Positions 18,670 to 27,525 of a stretch of 64,000 bases of DNA are shown here, one piece after another. The stretch's first letter is position 1. Every line of letters starts with the position of its first letter. This DNA comes from a bacterium. Lineage in GTDB: Bacteria; Patescibacteriota; Saccharimonadia; Saccharimonadales; JAUPVS01. Where the stretch lies: assembly GCA_029780855.1 (NCBI GenBank), contig JAKOXV010000024.1:43275-107274 (forward strand), given 5' to 3'. A program made the position numbers and the translations under genes. Below the pieces are notes generated by a model. It was not told the DNA's origin, ran no database searches, and was given only the letters and a program-made list of their open reading frames with translations.

Positions 18670-19305
18670 ATGGGACTTTTTGTAAAGAAAGAAACGAATG
18701 ACAATATGCCGCTCTACAACCTCGGTCTGGAAAAGACGGTGGTAATTGTAGGGCTCGGCAACATCGGCGCCGAATATAATCTGACTCGCCATAATATCGG
18801 ATTCTACTGTATTGACCAGTTTGCTGAATCCAACGACTTTCCCAAATGGACTCAAAAGAAGGATCTTAAGTGCGAACTGAGCGTGCAGAGTATCAACAAC
18901 AAACGCGTGGTGCTGGTAAAACCTCATACCTATATGAACCTGAGCGGTGAAGCAGTCCAGGCAGTGCAGCACTTCTACAAGGTGCTAGCAGAAGATACCG
19001 TTGTTATTCACGACGAGCTCGACGTACCGTTTGGGCAAATCCGTATGCGAACCGGCGGTGGGTCGGCCGGACATAACGGTATAAAGTCACTTATCCAGCA
19101 CGGCAATGAAAACGTGGACCGTATACGTGTCGGGATTCATAACGATTTTGCTGAAAAGGCAGATAGCGCAGATTTCGTGCTTGGGAAGTTCACGGCCACC
19201 GAACAGGAAAATCTCAAAAAGCTTTCCAAAGAAGTTACCGCTATACTGACCGAATATCTCTACGGCGGCACGTTGCCTCACGAAACCAGAACGGTGTTTG
19301 ATTAG
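18670..19305 (+). CDS. pth: peptidyl-tRNA hydrolase
   Basis: VIVGLGNIGAEYNLTRHNIGF...GHNG(I/L)KS motifs. An internal ATG at 18706 is an alternative start. Confidence 0.9.
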   Translation: MGLFVKKETNDNMPLYNLGLEKTVVIVGLGNIGAEYNLTRHNIGFYCIDQFAESNDFPKWTQKKDLKCELSVQSINNKRVVLVKPHTYMNLSGEAVQAVQHFYKVLAEDTVVIHDELDVPFGQIRMRTGGGSAGHNGIKSLIQHGNENVDRIRVGIHNDFAEKADSADFVLGKFTATEQENLKKLSKEVTAILTEYLYGGTLPHETRTVFD

Positions 19306-19368
19306 CCCTCCGCTAGCCAACTGCTTTACAAAGGGATTATAATATAGGCAGATAAAGAGGAGGTGCGT

Positions 19369-20532
19369 ATGAAAAAGCTACCAACTAGATTCATGGGGGC
19401 AGCTTTGCTCCTCGTGTTGCCTCTACTACTGCTTGTCGGTGTAGTGAGTGCTCAAACAATTAAAACAGGAAACAACGCTACCGTCCCCTCTGGGAAAGTA
19501 GTGAACAGCACACTTTTTAGCGCCGGGAATAACGTAGACATCGCCGGAACAGTAAACGGCGATGTTTTTTGTGCCGGCCAAACCGTGACTGTGAGCGGTA
19601 CGGTAAACGGAGATGTGATCTGTGCCGGTCAAACGGTAACCATCAGCGGTAAGGTGAATGGTAATGTACGGGTAGCTGGCCAGAGTGTCACTATTAGCGC
19701 TCAGGTTGCTCGTAATGCTACGGTGGGCGCGCAGTCATTTATTTTGAGTGATAGTGCATCAGTCAACGACCTCATGGGAGCAGCGACGTCCTGCACCATA
19801 AACGGTACCGTACAGCGTGATTACGGAATGGCTTCAGATACCGCCACTATAGCCGGTACGGTAGAGCGGGATGTGAACGGTGCGGTAACCAATCTAACCC
19901 TCACCAGCACCGCTAAAGTCGGTGGCAGTATTACGTACACCAGCGCCAACGATGCCGATGTAACGAAAGGTGCTGTTATCGGTGGTTCGATCACCAGAAA
20001 TGAACCAAAGACCCAAAATAACGCAAAGGTAAACTACACCGTCATTCCATACTTTGCAGCGTTCTTATGGCTGGCTTACATCTTTGTTGCGCTGCTCATA
20101 ATCGCCCTCGTGATGGTTCTCCTTTTCCCAACAATGTTCGAAGTAACCACGAGGCACGCTGTTAATCACCTAGGACGCACACTGCTGATTGGATTAGGGG
20201 CGGGAATTGTAGCCCCGGCGCTATTTATTGCCCTGATGCTCACCCTCATCGGCATTCCACTCGCACTACTGTTTGGCCTGGTATGGTTCCTCATTAATCT
20301 GGTTGCCCCAATATTTTCAGCGTATTTACTGGGTAAGAGTATCGGTCGCAATATCAAGCATGCAGTAGTGGTAATGTTGATTGGCGCATGTATTCTACTG
20401 GTTACGTACTTCATTCCGTTTGTCGGGTTCGTCACCCTCATTGTAGCTGAGTGGATAGGTATCGGCATGATCCTCACAGAATTAGGGCGACGCGTTTCAC
20501 GCCCCGAGTACAGCACTGACGTCAAGCGCTAG
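19369..20532 (+). CDS. bactofilin-like repeat protein with C-terminal multi-pass membrane domain
   Basis: Signal/TM helix, then repeats of GTVNGDV.CAGQTVT.SGKVNGNV type, then ~5 TM helices. ATG 19369 follows GAGGAGG; the track start at 19363 is a GTG. Confidence 0.7.
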   Translation: MKKLPTRFMGAALLLVLPLLLLVGVVSAQTIKTGNNATVPSGKVVNSTLFSAGNNVDIAGTVNGDVFCAGQTVTVSGTVNGDVICAGQTVTISGKVNGNVRVAGQSVTISAQVARNATVGAQSFILSDSASVNDLMGAATSCTINGTVQRDYGMASDTATIAGTVERDVNGAVTNLTLTSTAKVGGSITYTSANDADVTKGAVIGGSITRNEPKTQNNAKVNYTVIPYFAAFLWLAYIFVALLIIALVMVLLFPTMFEVTTRHAVNHLGRTLLIGLGAGIVAPALFIALMLTLIGIPLALLFGLVWFLINLVAPIFSAYLLGKSIGRNIKHAVVVMLIGACILLVTYFIPFVGFVTLIVAEWIGIGMILTELGRRVSRPEYSTDVKR

Positions 20533-20593
20533 TTTTGGAAGCAGTATCCGCTAATGGTATAGTGGTACCTAAGCAACAATAGTCGGGCACCGC

Positions 20594-21844
20594 ATGCATA
20601 TAAAAAAACTGAACCAGAACGGCTTCCATCTCATATACTTACTCTTGGTTTTGGCAGTTCTTGGAGTCATTGGTTTTGCGGGTTGGCGGGTTTACACTGT
20701 ACAGCAGCAAAACAAGGCGGCCCTTGCGAATGCCGATAAAATAAACCGTGATGATCCGTTCGTGAAACAGTACGGAAGTACGTGCAGCAACGTAGCGATT
20801 AGTTCATTTCCCAAATCCCCGATCGCTGTGGATCAGATCCGCTACATAGAGCCCATGGGCAAAATGTATGACGGGCATGTGACCCCGGTAGACCACGTAT
20901 ACATCTCACCCCTAGACCCAAACGCAGCCGACAACAGTTACTCGGTTGTTATGCCTGCAGATGGGAAAGTGGTAGAAATTAGTCGGATGCCTGATAGCTA
21001 CATCGGCGATCAGACAAACAGAACCGTCGCACCTGAAGACCATCGGATTGTCGTTTCGTTCAATTGTCGCTATTACGCGATTTTTATTCACGTTCATCAG
21101 CTATCCGACAAACTGGCTGCGGCTGTAACCGGTCTGCAGGCAGGGCAGAACAAGTCAACTGACATATCACTAAAGGCCGGAGACACCATTGGTAAGATTG
21201 GGGGTAATCCAGTTGATTGGACACTCGTAGATGTCAAAACTACCCTGGCCGGATTTATACACCCAGACAGTTACGAGAGAGAACCATGGAAGGTTCACTC
21301 CATAGATCCGTTCAGCGCCTATACGGATAGTTTAAAATCCCAGCTCCAGGCCAAGAGCTTACGCTCCGCGGTGCCAATAGGGGGTAAAATTGATTATGAC
21401 AAAGCGGGGACTCTGGCCGGGAACTGGTTCCGGCAAGGTACCAATGGGTACGCCGGAACAGACCCTAGCCGCTACTGGGACGGGCATCTTTCGATCGTTC
21501 CTGACTATATCGACCCCAATACCACAGTGGTTTCAATCGGTAACTGGCAAGGCACCGCAAAACAATTTGCTGTAAAGGGAGACGCCGATCCTTCGCAAGT
21601 TACCGTCAAAAACAGTCCCGTAAAGTATGAACTTATAGAACTTGGCTACGAAACGCCAACAGCTGCACCGTGGGATGGGAAAAGCCTTATAAAGGGGCTT
21701 AAAGTGTCACAGCGCGCAACACAAGTAGGCACCATCATGTTTGAAGTCCAGTCCGATGGCACGCTGAAAGTAGAGAAGTTTCCCGGCCTGAGCGCCGACC
21801 TAGTAAGTGCCTTTGGGGCCAATGCGCAAATATACGTTCGCTAA
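20594..21844 (+). CDS. hypothetical membrane-anchored protein (possible degenerate M23/LytM-like fold)
   Basis: N-terminal TM helix. HVTPVDH ... IFIHVH ... GDTIGKIGG faintly resembles M23 HxxxD/HxH motifs. The assignment is weak. Confidence 0.6.
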   Translation: MHIKKLNQNGFHLIYLLLVLAVLGVIGFAGWRVYTVQQQNKAALANADKINRDDPFVKQYGSTCSNVAISSFPKSPIAVDQIRYIEPMGKMYDGHVTPVDHVYISPLDPNAADNSYSVVMPADGKVVEISRMPDSYIGDQTNRTVAPEDHRIVVSFNCRYYAIFIHVHQLSDKLAAAVTGLQAGQNKSTDISLKAGDTIGKIGGNPVDWTLVDVKTTLAGFIHPDSYEREPWKVHSIDPFSAYTDSLKSQLQAKSLRSAVPIGGKIDYDKAGTLAGNWFRQGTNGYAGTDPSRYWDGHLSIVPDYIDPNTTVVSIGNWQGTAKQFAVKGDADPSQVTVKNSPVKYELIELGYETPTAAPWDGKSLIKGLKVSQRATQVGTIMFEVQSDGTLKVEKFPGLSADLVSAFGANAQIYVR

Positions 21845-22050
21845 AACAGTGGCTCGGCGCTGTCAGCAGAAAAGTCTAGTGCCTTCGCTGCATCCTGAGC
21901 TTGTGTAAGTAACTGCTTTCGCATTTCTGCAGCAGCATGGTCAGTACCTTCTACGGCTACTAATTGGGAGATTATGTTTCCATAGGAAACAGCCGCCGGT
22001 TGATCCAGCACAATACTGGTATAGAAGGGATCGTATTCAATATGTCTCAT
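21841..22050 (-). CDS. small hypothetical protein (69 aa)
   Basis: ATG 22050 follows AAAGAAAGG. Only this C-terminal part of the 166-aa track ORF looks coding; the rest overlaps two terminator hairpins. Confidence 0.5.
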   Translation of the reverse strand: MRHIEYDPFYTSIVLDQPAAVSYGNIISQLVAVEGTDHAAAEMRKQLLTQAQDAAKALDFSADSAEPLF

Positions 22051-22175
22051 AGTATGTAACCTTTCTTTAGAATACTGTGTACGGGTAGTAGGTCTCAAAA
22101 AAAGGACCTCCAGAGAGCAAAAGAGTCCGGTGGACTCTTTTGTAGGCAAGAGCGAAGCGTCACTCGTTTTAGTTT

Positions 22176-22516
22176 CAAAAAAAGGACCTCCAGAGGGGGT
22201 GGGCACCGCTGGAGGTCCTATTATTGGGCTCGATAAATCGAGCCCACCACACCCTTCAACCCACCCCAGTGAAGCGTCGATGTCCAAAACTCTTAAAGAC
22301 TCGCGCATCCACCCATGAAGGGCAGAGTACTGGATACTCACTTTGATATCGGGAAGTTAAAGGGGTTAGTATGCTTTAGAGCGCTTACAGTCATAGAATG
22401 ACCAAAACGCTAGAATAAGTGGAGGGTAACAACTTATACAGCACGCTCTAAAACACTCTAACAAATTGTTAGAATTTGGGGGTATAAGGTACGTAAACGT
22501 AATATTACGCTTACGG
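22176..22516 (-). ncRNA. candidate ~340-nt structured RNA of unknown class
   Basis: - strand promoter TTGACA (22550-22545), 16-nt spacer, TAAAAT (22528-22523). Terminator AGGACCTCCAG/CTGGAGGTCCT (22183-22193 / 22209-22219) plus U7. Internal helices include UUUAGAGCG/CGCUCUAAA. No credible ORF. Confidence 0.45.
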
Positions 22517-22643
22517 ATTGCTATTTTAGCAATATTATGACTTTTGTCAATACTTTTTTGTGTTTTTAGCAACTATATTACACAAAACCATAAGCTTATT
22601 CTGGTATACTGACAGGGATAGCTGATAGGCAACTGAATACCAC

Positions 22644-23501
22644 ATGAAAGTTCGCACCCTAACCGCCAAATCTGGCACCATGCCGGCTCGCTTGTTACAG
22701 GTGAGCCCTCCTCCCAGCAAACTGTTTGTCCTGGGCGACACACTAGAATCGTTACTCAAAAAGCCGTGTTTGGCTGTTGTTGGTAGCAGAGCTGTCAGCC
22801 CTTATGGTCGACTGGTAACAACCGAGCTTGTGGAAGCAGCGGCCCGAGCGGGCGTTACCATCATAAGCGGTCTAGCACTTGGGGTGGACGGCCTAGCACA
22901 CTATGCCGCCTTGAACGCTCACGGGGGCACTATAGCAGTACTGCCGTCGCATGTGACAGAAGTGTATCCCGCCTCACACCGGCAGTTGGCTCAGCAGATA
23001 CTCCAAAATGGTGGGGTATTGGTGTCGGAATATCCTCCCGGGACGAATGCCCGCCGAGAGAATTTCATCGAGCGGAACAGATTAGTATCAGGTTTAGCAG
23101 ATGCCGTACTTATTACAGAAGCAGCCGAAAAGAGCGGCACGCTCCATACCGCCCGCTTTGCATTAGAGCAGGGAAGAGATGTCTTGGTAGTACCCGGGAA
23201 TATCAACAGCCCAAATAGCAAGGGGACGAATACCCTCCTAAAGGCAGGTGCCGAACCCATAACGTGTCCAGAGGACATACTCGGGCACTTTAACATCCAC
23301 GAAACAACAGAACAGATGGAGCTCATTGGTAATAATGCTGAGGAGCAGGTTATTTTGGATCTACTACGGCAAGGTGTAACCGATGCTAGTGAACTCCATG
23401 CCCTCAGCAAGCTCGCTACCCATACGTTTAATCAGACCCTTACCATGCTAGAAATCTCTGGCAGGATTAAACCATCTGCTGGTAACTGGTATCTGTTATA
23501 G
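22644..23501 (+). CDS. dprA: DNA-processing protein DprA
   Basis: LAVVGSRAVSPYG...IISGLALGVDG.AH...GGTIAVL matches the DprA Rossmann-like domain. A C-terminal winged-helix-like tail is present. Confidence 0.9.
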   Translation: MKVRTLTAKSGTMPARLLQVSPPPSKLFVLGDTLESLLKKPCLAVVGSRAVSPYGRLVTTELVEAAARAGVTIISGLALGVDGLAHYAALNAHGGTIAVLPSHVTEVYPASHRQLAQQILQNGGVLVSEYPPGTNARRENFIERNRLVSGLADAVLITEAAEKSGTLHTARFALEQGRDVLVVPGNINSPNSKGTNTLLKAGAEPITCPEDILGHFNIHETTEQMELIGNNAEEQVILDLLRQGVTDASELHALSKLATHTFNQTLTMLEISGRIKPSAGNWYLL

Positions 23502-23503
23502 TC

Positions 23504-23532
23504 TTGTATAATTATCGATAATATGCTATAAT
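23504..23532 (+). promoter_or_regulatory. candidate promoter of GC-rich cassette A
   Basis: TTGTAT (23504-23509), 17-nt spacer, TATAAT (23527-23532). Followed by the palindrome AGCAAATTGCT. Confidence 0.5.
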
Positions 23533-23580
23533 TAGCTAGTTTTAGCAAATTGCTGGAACGCACCTGAACAAGGAGTAGAT

Positions 23581-24006
23581 ATGTACAAGCGGTATGTGAT
23601 CGCCGCCCTGGTGTTCTTTGCGCTCATCATGGTTGGGGCCGGCTTCGTCGCCAACAACGACCCGTTTGACACGGGAAGCCCGTGGATGAACTGGCTGACC
23701 CTGAGCGTTGGTGGTTTCATCGGCGTGTTCATCGCCCTGATGACCTTCATCGGCTCTTGGGAGTCGAAGGGAATCTCCGATGAAGGCGAACGTTGGGTGG
23801 TCTTCTGTGTCAGCGTGGTTGGAACGGCGTTCTTCGGAGCCATGATCGTGGGGATCATCCTGGATGGCGCCTCAGATACGTCAGCCCATCTCGGATGGAC
23901 GACCTACGGTGTCTCCCTGATCCTCATGAACGTGGCCTACCTGGTCATGTACCTGATGCCGGAGCCCAAGTCCGCCGATGCCCTCAGCCTGCACCGAGCC
24001 GCGTAG
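23581..24006 (+). CDS. small 4-TM membrane protein (GC-rich cassette A)
   Basis: 141 aa. AAGGAG lies 5 nt before the ATG. Strong GC3 bias (a 60-nt line scored 37/60 GC vs 24/60 in topA). Four hydrophobic helices. No family recognised. Confidence 0.75.
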   Translation: MYKRYVIAALVFFALIMVGAGFVANNDPFDTGSPWMNWLTLSVGGFIGVFIALMTFIGSWESKGISDEGERWVVFCVSVVGTAFFGAMIVGIILDGASDTSAHLGWTTYGVSLILMNVAYLVMYLMPEPKSADALSLHRAA

Positions 24007-24018
24007 GACCATGTCGCC

Positions 24019-24069
24019 GGAGCCGGGGAAATCTTTCTAACGTCGATGACGTTATGAAACCCCGGCTCC
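24019..24069 (+). other. compound GC-rich hairpin after cassette A ORF
   Basis: Outer stem GGAGCCGGGG/CCCCGGCTCC (10 bp) encloses an inner hairpin AACGTC-gat-GACGTT. No U-run follows. Confidence 0.7.
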
Positions 24070-24092
24070 CACCTTTCTCCTTGTTCAATTTT

Positions 24093-24143
24093 CGCTTCCA
24101 TAACTGTGTAGTTATGCTGATGAGTCCAAAAGGACGAAAAGCG
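24093..24143 (+). ncRNA. hammerhead ribozyme, type III topology (copy 1)
   Basis: CGCUU-C17 | CAUAACU-GUGU-AGUUAUG | CUGAUGA | GUCC-AAAA-GGAC | GAA | A-AGCG. All invariant core positions are present. Stem III is 5 bp, stem I 7 bp, stem II 4 bp. Predicted cleavage falls between 24098 and 24099. Confidence 0.9.
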
Positions 24144-24151
24144 TAAGAATA

Positions 24152-24180
24152 TTGACTTATTTACAATTTTAGTATAAAAT
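24152..24180 (+). promoter_or_regulatory. near-consensus sigma70-type promoter inside the hammerhead-bounded unit
   Basis: TTGACT (24152-24157), 17-nt spacer, TAAAAT (24175-24180). It begins 9 nt after ribozyme copy 1. Confidence 0.6.
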
Positions 24181-24444
24181 ACTGTAGTCACAACCAGTGA
24201 CACATCAAGAAGCAGAACCTTTACACCACATACCCAACCAGAAAGGAGCCTTTGGCTCTCTAGTAGTACCAAGGTAAAACCGCACAAATTATACTCTCGG
24301 ATAATTTGCACGGACCACTTGCTTTCCATAGGTGCCGTAGCGGCGCACATGGAAGAAGCAGATGTGAAGAGGAGTGGATACGAATCTTCACCTGCTACAT
24401 GCTACACCTGGCAATACCCCATTGGCCGAGAGGAGAAGATCCCG

Positions 24445-24642
24445 ATGGGTAAGCGGTACACTCTACGTTGCGGATCCCCGCGACCCCAGTTCCGTAACTG
24501 GGAGATCGTGTGGGAGATGCACGGCACCGTCCACTTCTGCACCGTGCAGCTCTCCGTCCGCATTACCGAACCGGAGCTGGTGCGCGCTGCTGCAGACGTG
24601 CCTGACGAGGCCGAGGCCTACATCGTGCCCTTGCTGGCATAG
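24445..24642 (+). CDS. small hypothetical protein, 65 aa (GC-rich cassette B)
   Basis: GAGAGGAGAAG lies upstream of ATG 24445. The frame gives a plausible sequence (MGKRYTLRCGSPRPQFRNWEIVWEMHGTVHFCTVQLSVRITEPELVRAAADVPDEAEAYIVPLLA). The alternative 141-aa frame is R/S/P/C-rich junk. Confidence 0.55.
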   Translation: MGKRYTLRCGSPRPQFRNWEIVWEMHGTVHFCTVQLSVRITEPELVRAAADVPDEAEAYIVPLLA

Positions 24643-24805
24643 ATCAAGCCTACGTGCGAGAGAGAAACGAGTACGGAAACTCGTAAAAAATCCTGTAATA
24701 CTTCGGGGAAGTTCCGGAGCGCCTCCGTTTCAGTGTGTTCGTGCACGATTCGGCCAAAGCGGTCAACTATACCTTTCTCTCTATTCTTCTGCTTCTTGAT
24801 ACACA

Positions 24806-24856
24806 CGCTTCCATAACTGTGTAGTTATGCTGATGAGTCCAAAAGGACGAAAAGCG
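24806..24856 (+). ncRNA. hammerhead ribozyme, type III topology (copy 2, identical to copy 1)
   Basis: Same 51 nt as 24093-24143. Predicted cleavage falls between 24811 and 24812. Confidence 0.9.
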
Positions 24857-24860
24857 TATA

Positions 24861-25046
24861 ATGAAAACTGAAATGGAAACAAAACATCTCATATATATAA
24901 TGGTGGCAATATTTTCTACTCTTGGTGGATGGCTCGGTGGCATCATGGACCACGGTAATTTCTTGGGGATGTGGAGTATATTGCTGGCTGGTATAGGCGG
25001 TTTTGTAGGCGTATACGTAGGCTACAAGATCGGTAACAATACCTAA
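24861..25046 (+). CDS. small Gly-rich membrane protein (GlsB/YeaQ/YmgE-like?)
   Basis: 61 aa, two TM helices with GGWLGG and GIGGFVG motifs. Native low GC. ATG 24873 is an alternative start. Confidence 0.6.
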   Translation: MKTEMETKHLIYIMVAIFSTLGGWLGGIMDHGNFLGMWSILLAGIGGFVGVYVGYKIGNNT

Positions 25047-25129
25047 ACTGCAGTTTGCTTTTATACACAACTTGCCGTAAGCTCTTAGTTTGTTACTAAA
25101 ATAAGTACGGTATACTACCCATTACGCAT

Positions 25130-27421
25130 ATGGCAAAAAATCTCGTTATTGTTGAAAGCCCCGCTAAAGCCAAGACTATAGAAAAGTACTTAGGCAAAGA
25201 CTACGTTGTTAAAAGCAGCTTTGGTCATATTCGTGATTTACCCAAAAAGGGAATTAGTATTGCTATCGATAAGGGGTTTGAACCGACCTATGAAGTTAGC
25301 AGTGATAAGAAAAAAGTTGTAGCCGAACTTAAGAAGCTTGCTAAAACAGCCGAAAACGTCTGGCTAGCAAGTGACGAAGACCGCGAAGGAGAGGCAATTG
25401 CCTGGCATTTATGCAAGGCGCTCGGATTAGATGATAAAACGACTAAGCGCATTGTCTTCCATGAGATAACCAAACCAGCCATTTTGAGCGCCATAGAGCA
25501 GCCTAGAACAGTAGATAAAGACCTCGTTGATGCCCAACAGGCTCGCCGTGTTCTAGACCGTTTAGTCGGCTATGAGCTTTCACCGGTACTTTGGAAAAAA
25601 GTACGGACTGGTTTGAGCGCTGGCCGCGTACAATCCGTCGCAGTACGATTGATTGTGGAACGTGAACGAGAAATAAAGGATTTTAACCCTGAAGTTAGTT
25701 ACAAGGTAACGGGGCTATTTGACGCCAAAGGCACCGAACTCCCCGCTGAACTACCGAATAAGCTCGCCGATGAAGTAGCCGCGACGGCATTCTTAGAAGA
25801 CTGCAAACATGCAACATTTAGCGTCTCAGCAATTGAAGCAAAGCCAGGCACCCGCAACCCTAGTGCTCCATTCACTACCAGCAGTCTCCAGCAAGAAGCC
25901 GCCCGCAAGCTTGGCTATTCCGTACGCCAAACTATGACCCTGGCACAGCGGCTGTATGAAAATGGACACATTACCTATATGCGTACCGACAGTACCAACC
26001 TAGCCGGTCAGGCGATTGCCGCCGCCGAAGCCTATATCCAGAAAAACTTCGGTAAGGAGTACCATCAGGTTCGCCAGTATAAAACCAAAGCTGCCGGTGC
26101 ACAGGAAGCGCACGAAGCGATTCGCCCAACCGACTTTGCAGTAACGAGCGCAGGATCAGATGCGCAGCAGAAAAAGCTCTATGAACTCATCTGGAAGCGA
26201 ACGCTTGCGAGCCAGATGGCTCCCGCTAAAATCGAACGGACAGAGGTGAGCATTTCACTATCAAACCGGACCGAAACATTGCTCGCAAAAGGGGAAGTTT
26301 TAACGTTCGACGGCTTCATTAAGGTGTACGGAGGCGGCAAAGACGACACTATCCTACCGCCAATGGGACAAGGCCAGGATCTGCCGCTTGTAAGCATGAA
26401 GGCTACCCAATCATTCAGTAAACCAGCAGCCCGGTATTCTGAGGCAAGCTTGGTGAAGAAGCTAGAAGACTTAGGTATCGGCCGCCCAAGTACCTACGCG
26501 CCGACCATCAGCACCATTCAAACCCGCGGGTACGTCGAGAAAAGTGATCTGGAGGGAACCGAGCGTACCGTTCGAGAACTTACACTTATGAAGGGAAGCA
26601 TCACCACCTCTGATAGAACAGAGGTGACCGGTGCCGACAAAAACAAACTGCTACCAACCCACATCGCTGAGATGACAACCGATTTCTTGGTTAAGCATTT
26701 TGCGTCGATTGTCGATTACGATTTCACCGCAAAGGCCGAAAAAGGGTTCGACGATATCGCCGATGGCAAAGAGAAGTGGAACACCATGATCGCCGATTTT
26801 TATAAAGATTTTCATCCCCTTATTGATAAAGCAGCAGATGTTTCCCGCGAGGAGACTTCACAGGCAAGGGAGCTCGGAAAAGACCCTAAAAGCGGTAAGC
26901 CGGTGATAGCCCGTTATGGCCGATACGGCGCCATGCTACAGATTGGTGAAGCAGAAGACGAGGAAAAGCCTCGATTTGCGCCATTGCCAGATGGAGCGAC
27001 CCTAGAAACGGTCACCTATGACCAAGCCATGGAAATGTTCAAACTACCCCGCACGGTAGGAAAAACCGAAGACGGAGAAGACATTAAGGCAAACGTGGGA
27101 CGGTTTGGTCCCTACATTCAGGTCGGTAAATTGTTTGTATCAATAAAAGGTCAGGATCCACTCACTATTACCGAAGCAGAGGCGCGCCAAGCTTACGGCG
27201 AAAAGCTCAAAAAAGACGCCGATAAGTACATAGCTGAATTTGATAGTGGCATAAAGATTGTAAATGGCCCCTATGGACCGTACATCACAAACGGCAAAAA
27301 GAATGCCCGTATCCCTAAAGAAACCGATCCAAAAAAACTTTCAGAGGCCGAGTGCAAGGAAATACTCGACAAAGCTCCGGATAAAAAAAGACGCTTTACT
27401 CGTCGCAAAAAAACCAGCTAG
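25130..27421 (+). CDS. topA: DNA topoisomerase I
   Basis: 763 aa. TOPRIM start LVIVESPAKAKTIEKYLG, active-site region ITYMRTDS, and a lysine-rich C-terminal tail. Confidence 0.96.
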   Translation: MAKNLVIVESPAKAKTIEKYLGKDYVVKSSFGHIRDLPKKGISIAIDKGFEPTYEVSSDKKKVVAELKKLAKTAENVWLASDEDREGEAIAWHLCKALGLDDKTTKRIVFHEITKPAILSAIEQPRTVDKDLVDAQQARRVLDRLVGYELSPVLWKKVRTGLSAGRVQSVAVRLIVEREREIKDFNPEVSYKVTGLFDAKGTELPAELPNKLADEVAATAFLEDCKHATFSVSAIEAKPGTRNPSAPFTTSSLQQEAARKLGYSVRQTMTLAQRLYENGHITYMRTDSTNLAGQAIAAAEAYIQKNFGKEYHQVRQYKTKAAGAQEAHEAIRPTDFAVTSAGSDAQQKKLYELIWKRTLASQMAPAKIERTEVSISLSNRTETLLAKGEVLTFDGFIKVYGGGKDDTILPPMGQGQDLPLVSMKATQSFSKPAARYSEASLVKKLEDLGIGRPSTYAPTISTIQTRGYVEKSDLEGTERTVRELTLMKGSITTSDRTEVTGADKNKLLPTHIAEMTTDFLVKHFASIVDYDFTAKAEKGFDDIADGKEKWNTMIADFYKDFHPLIDKAADVSREETSQARELGKDPKSGKPVIARYGRYGAMLQIGEAEDEEKPRFAPLPDGATLETVTYDQAMEMFKLPRTVGKTEDGEDIKANVGRFGPYIQVGKLFVSIKGQDPLTITEAEARQAYGEKLKKDADKYIAEFDSGIKIVNGPYGPYITNGKKNARIPKETDPKKLSEAECKEILDKAPDKKRRFTRRKKTS

Positions 27422-27525
27422 CTCTCAAGCTTGTAAAATCATTCTACTCATGGCATAGTACAGATCTAGAGGAAAACCCTCTAGTGTACGCCATTACGTA
27501 CACGTTCGTACCTTAAGGGGGCAAA

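Larger units (their letters stand above)
24093..24858 (+). repeat. 53-nt perfect direct repeats (24093-24145 and 24806-24858), period 713 nt
   Basis: cgcttccataactgtgtagttatgctgatgagtccaaaaggacgaaaagcgta is read twice. The flanks diverge immediately outside the repeat. Confidence 0.95.

Noticed and set aside
22183-22219. T-box riboswitch, suggested by GGGGGTGGGCACCGCTGG on the + strand.
   Set aside because: It carries one extra nucleotide relative to the GGGUGGNACCGCG T-box core. It sits in the loop of a hairpin whose U-run is on the other strand. No aminoacyl-tRNA synthetase or amino-acid gene lies downstream on the + strand (the next gene is dprA, 430 nt away).
21841-22341. 166-aa track ORF as a real protein.
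   Set aside because: Its N-terminal 97 codons run through two terminator hairpins with U-runs and a duplicated 21-nt element. Only the last 69 codons, behind an AAAGAAAGG SD, look coding.
23737-23774. CUGAUGA-CCUUC...GAAGG-GAAU inside the cassette A coding region, resembling a hammerhead core.
   Set aside because: The first stem II pair is C-G rather than G10.1-C11.1. Position 15.1 is U rather than A. No stem I/III partners or cleavage triplet are evident. It lies inside a well-behaved ORF, so it is likely chance.
24374-24799. 141-aa track ORF (and the 107-aa ORF from 24319) as the product of the hammerhead-bounded unit.
   Set aside because: The 141-aa frame is R/S/P/C-rich, an off-frame signature of GC-rich DNA. 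The 107-aa ORF's first 42 codons overlap a structured leader without an SD. The internal ATG 24445, with a GAGAGGAG SD, gives the plausible 65-aa product.
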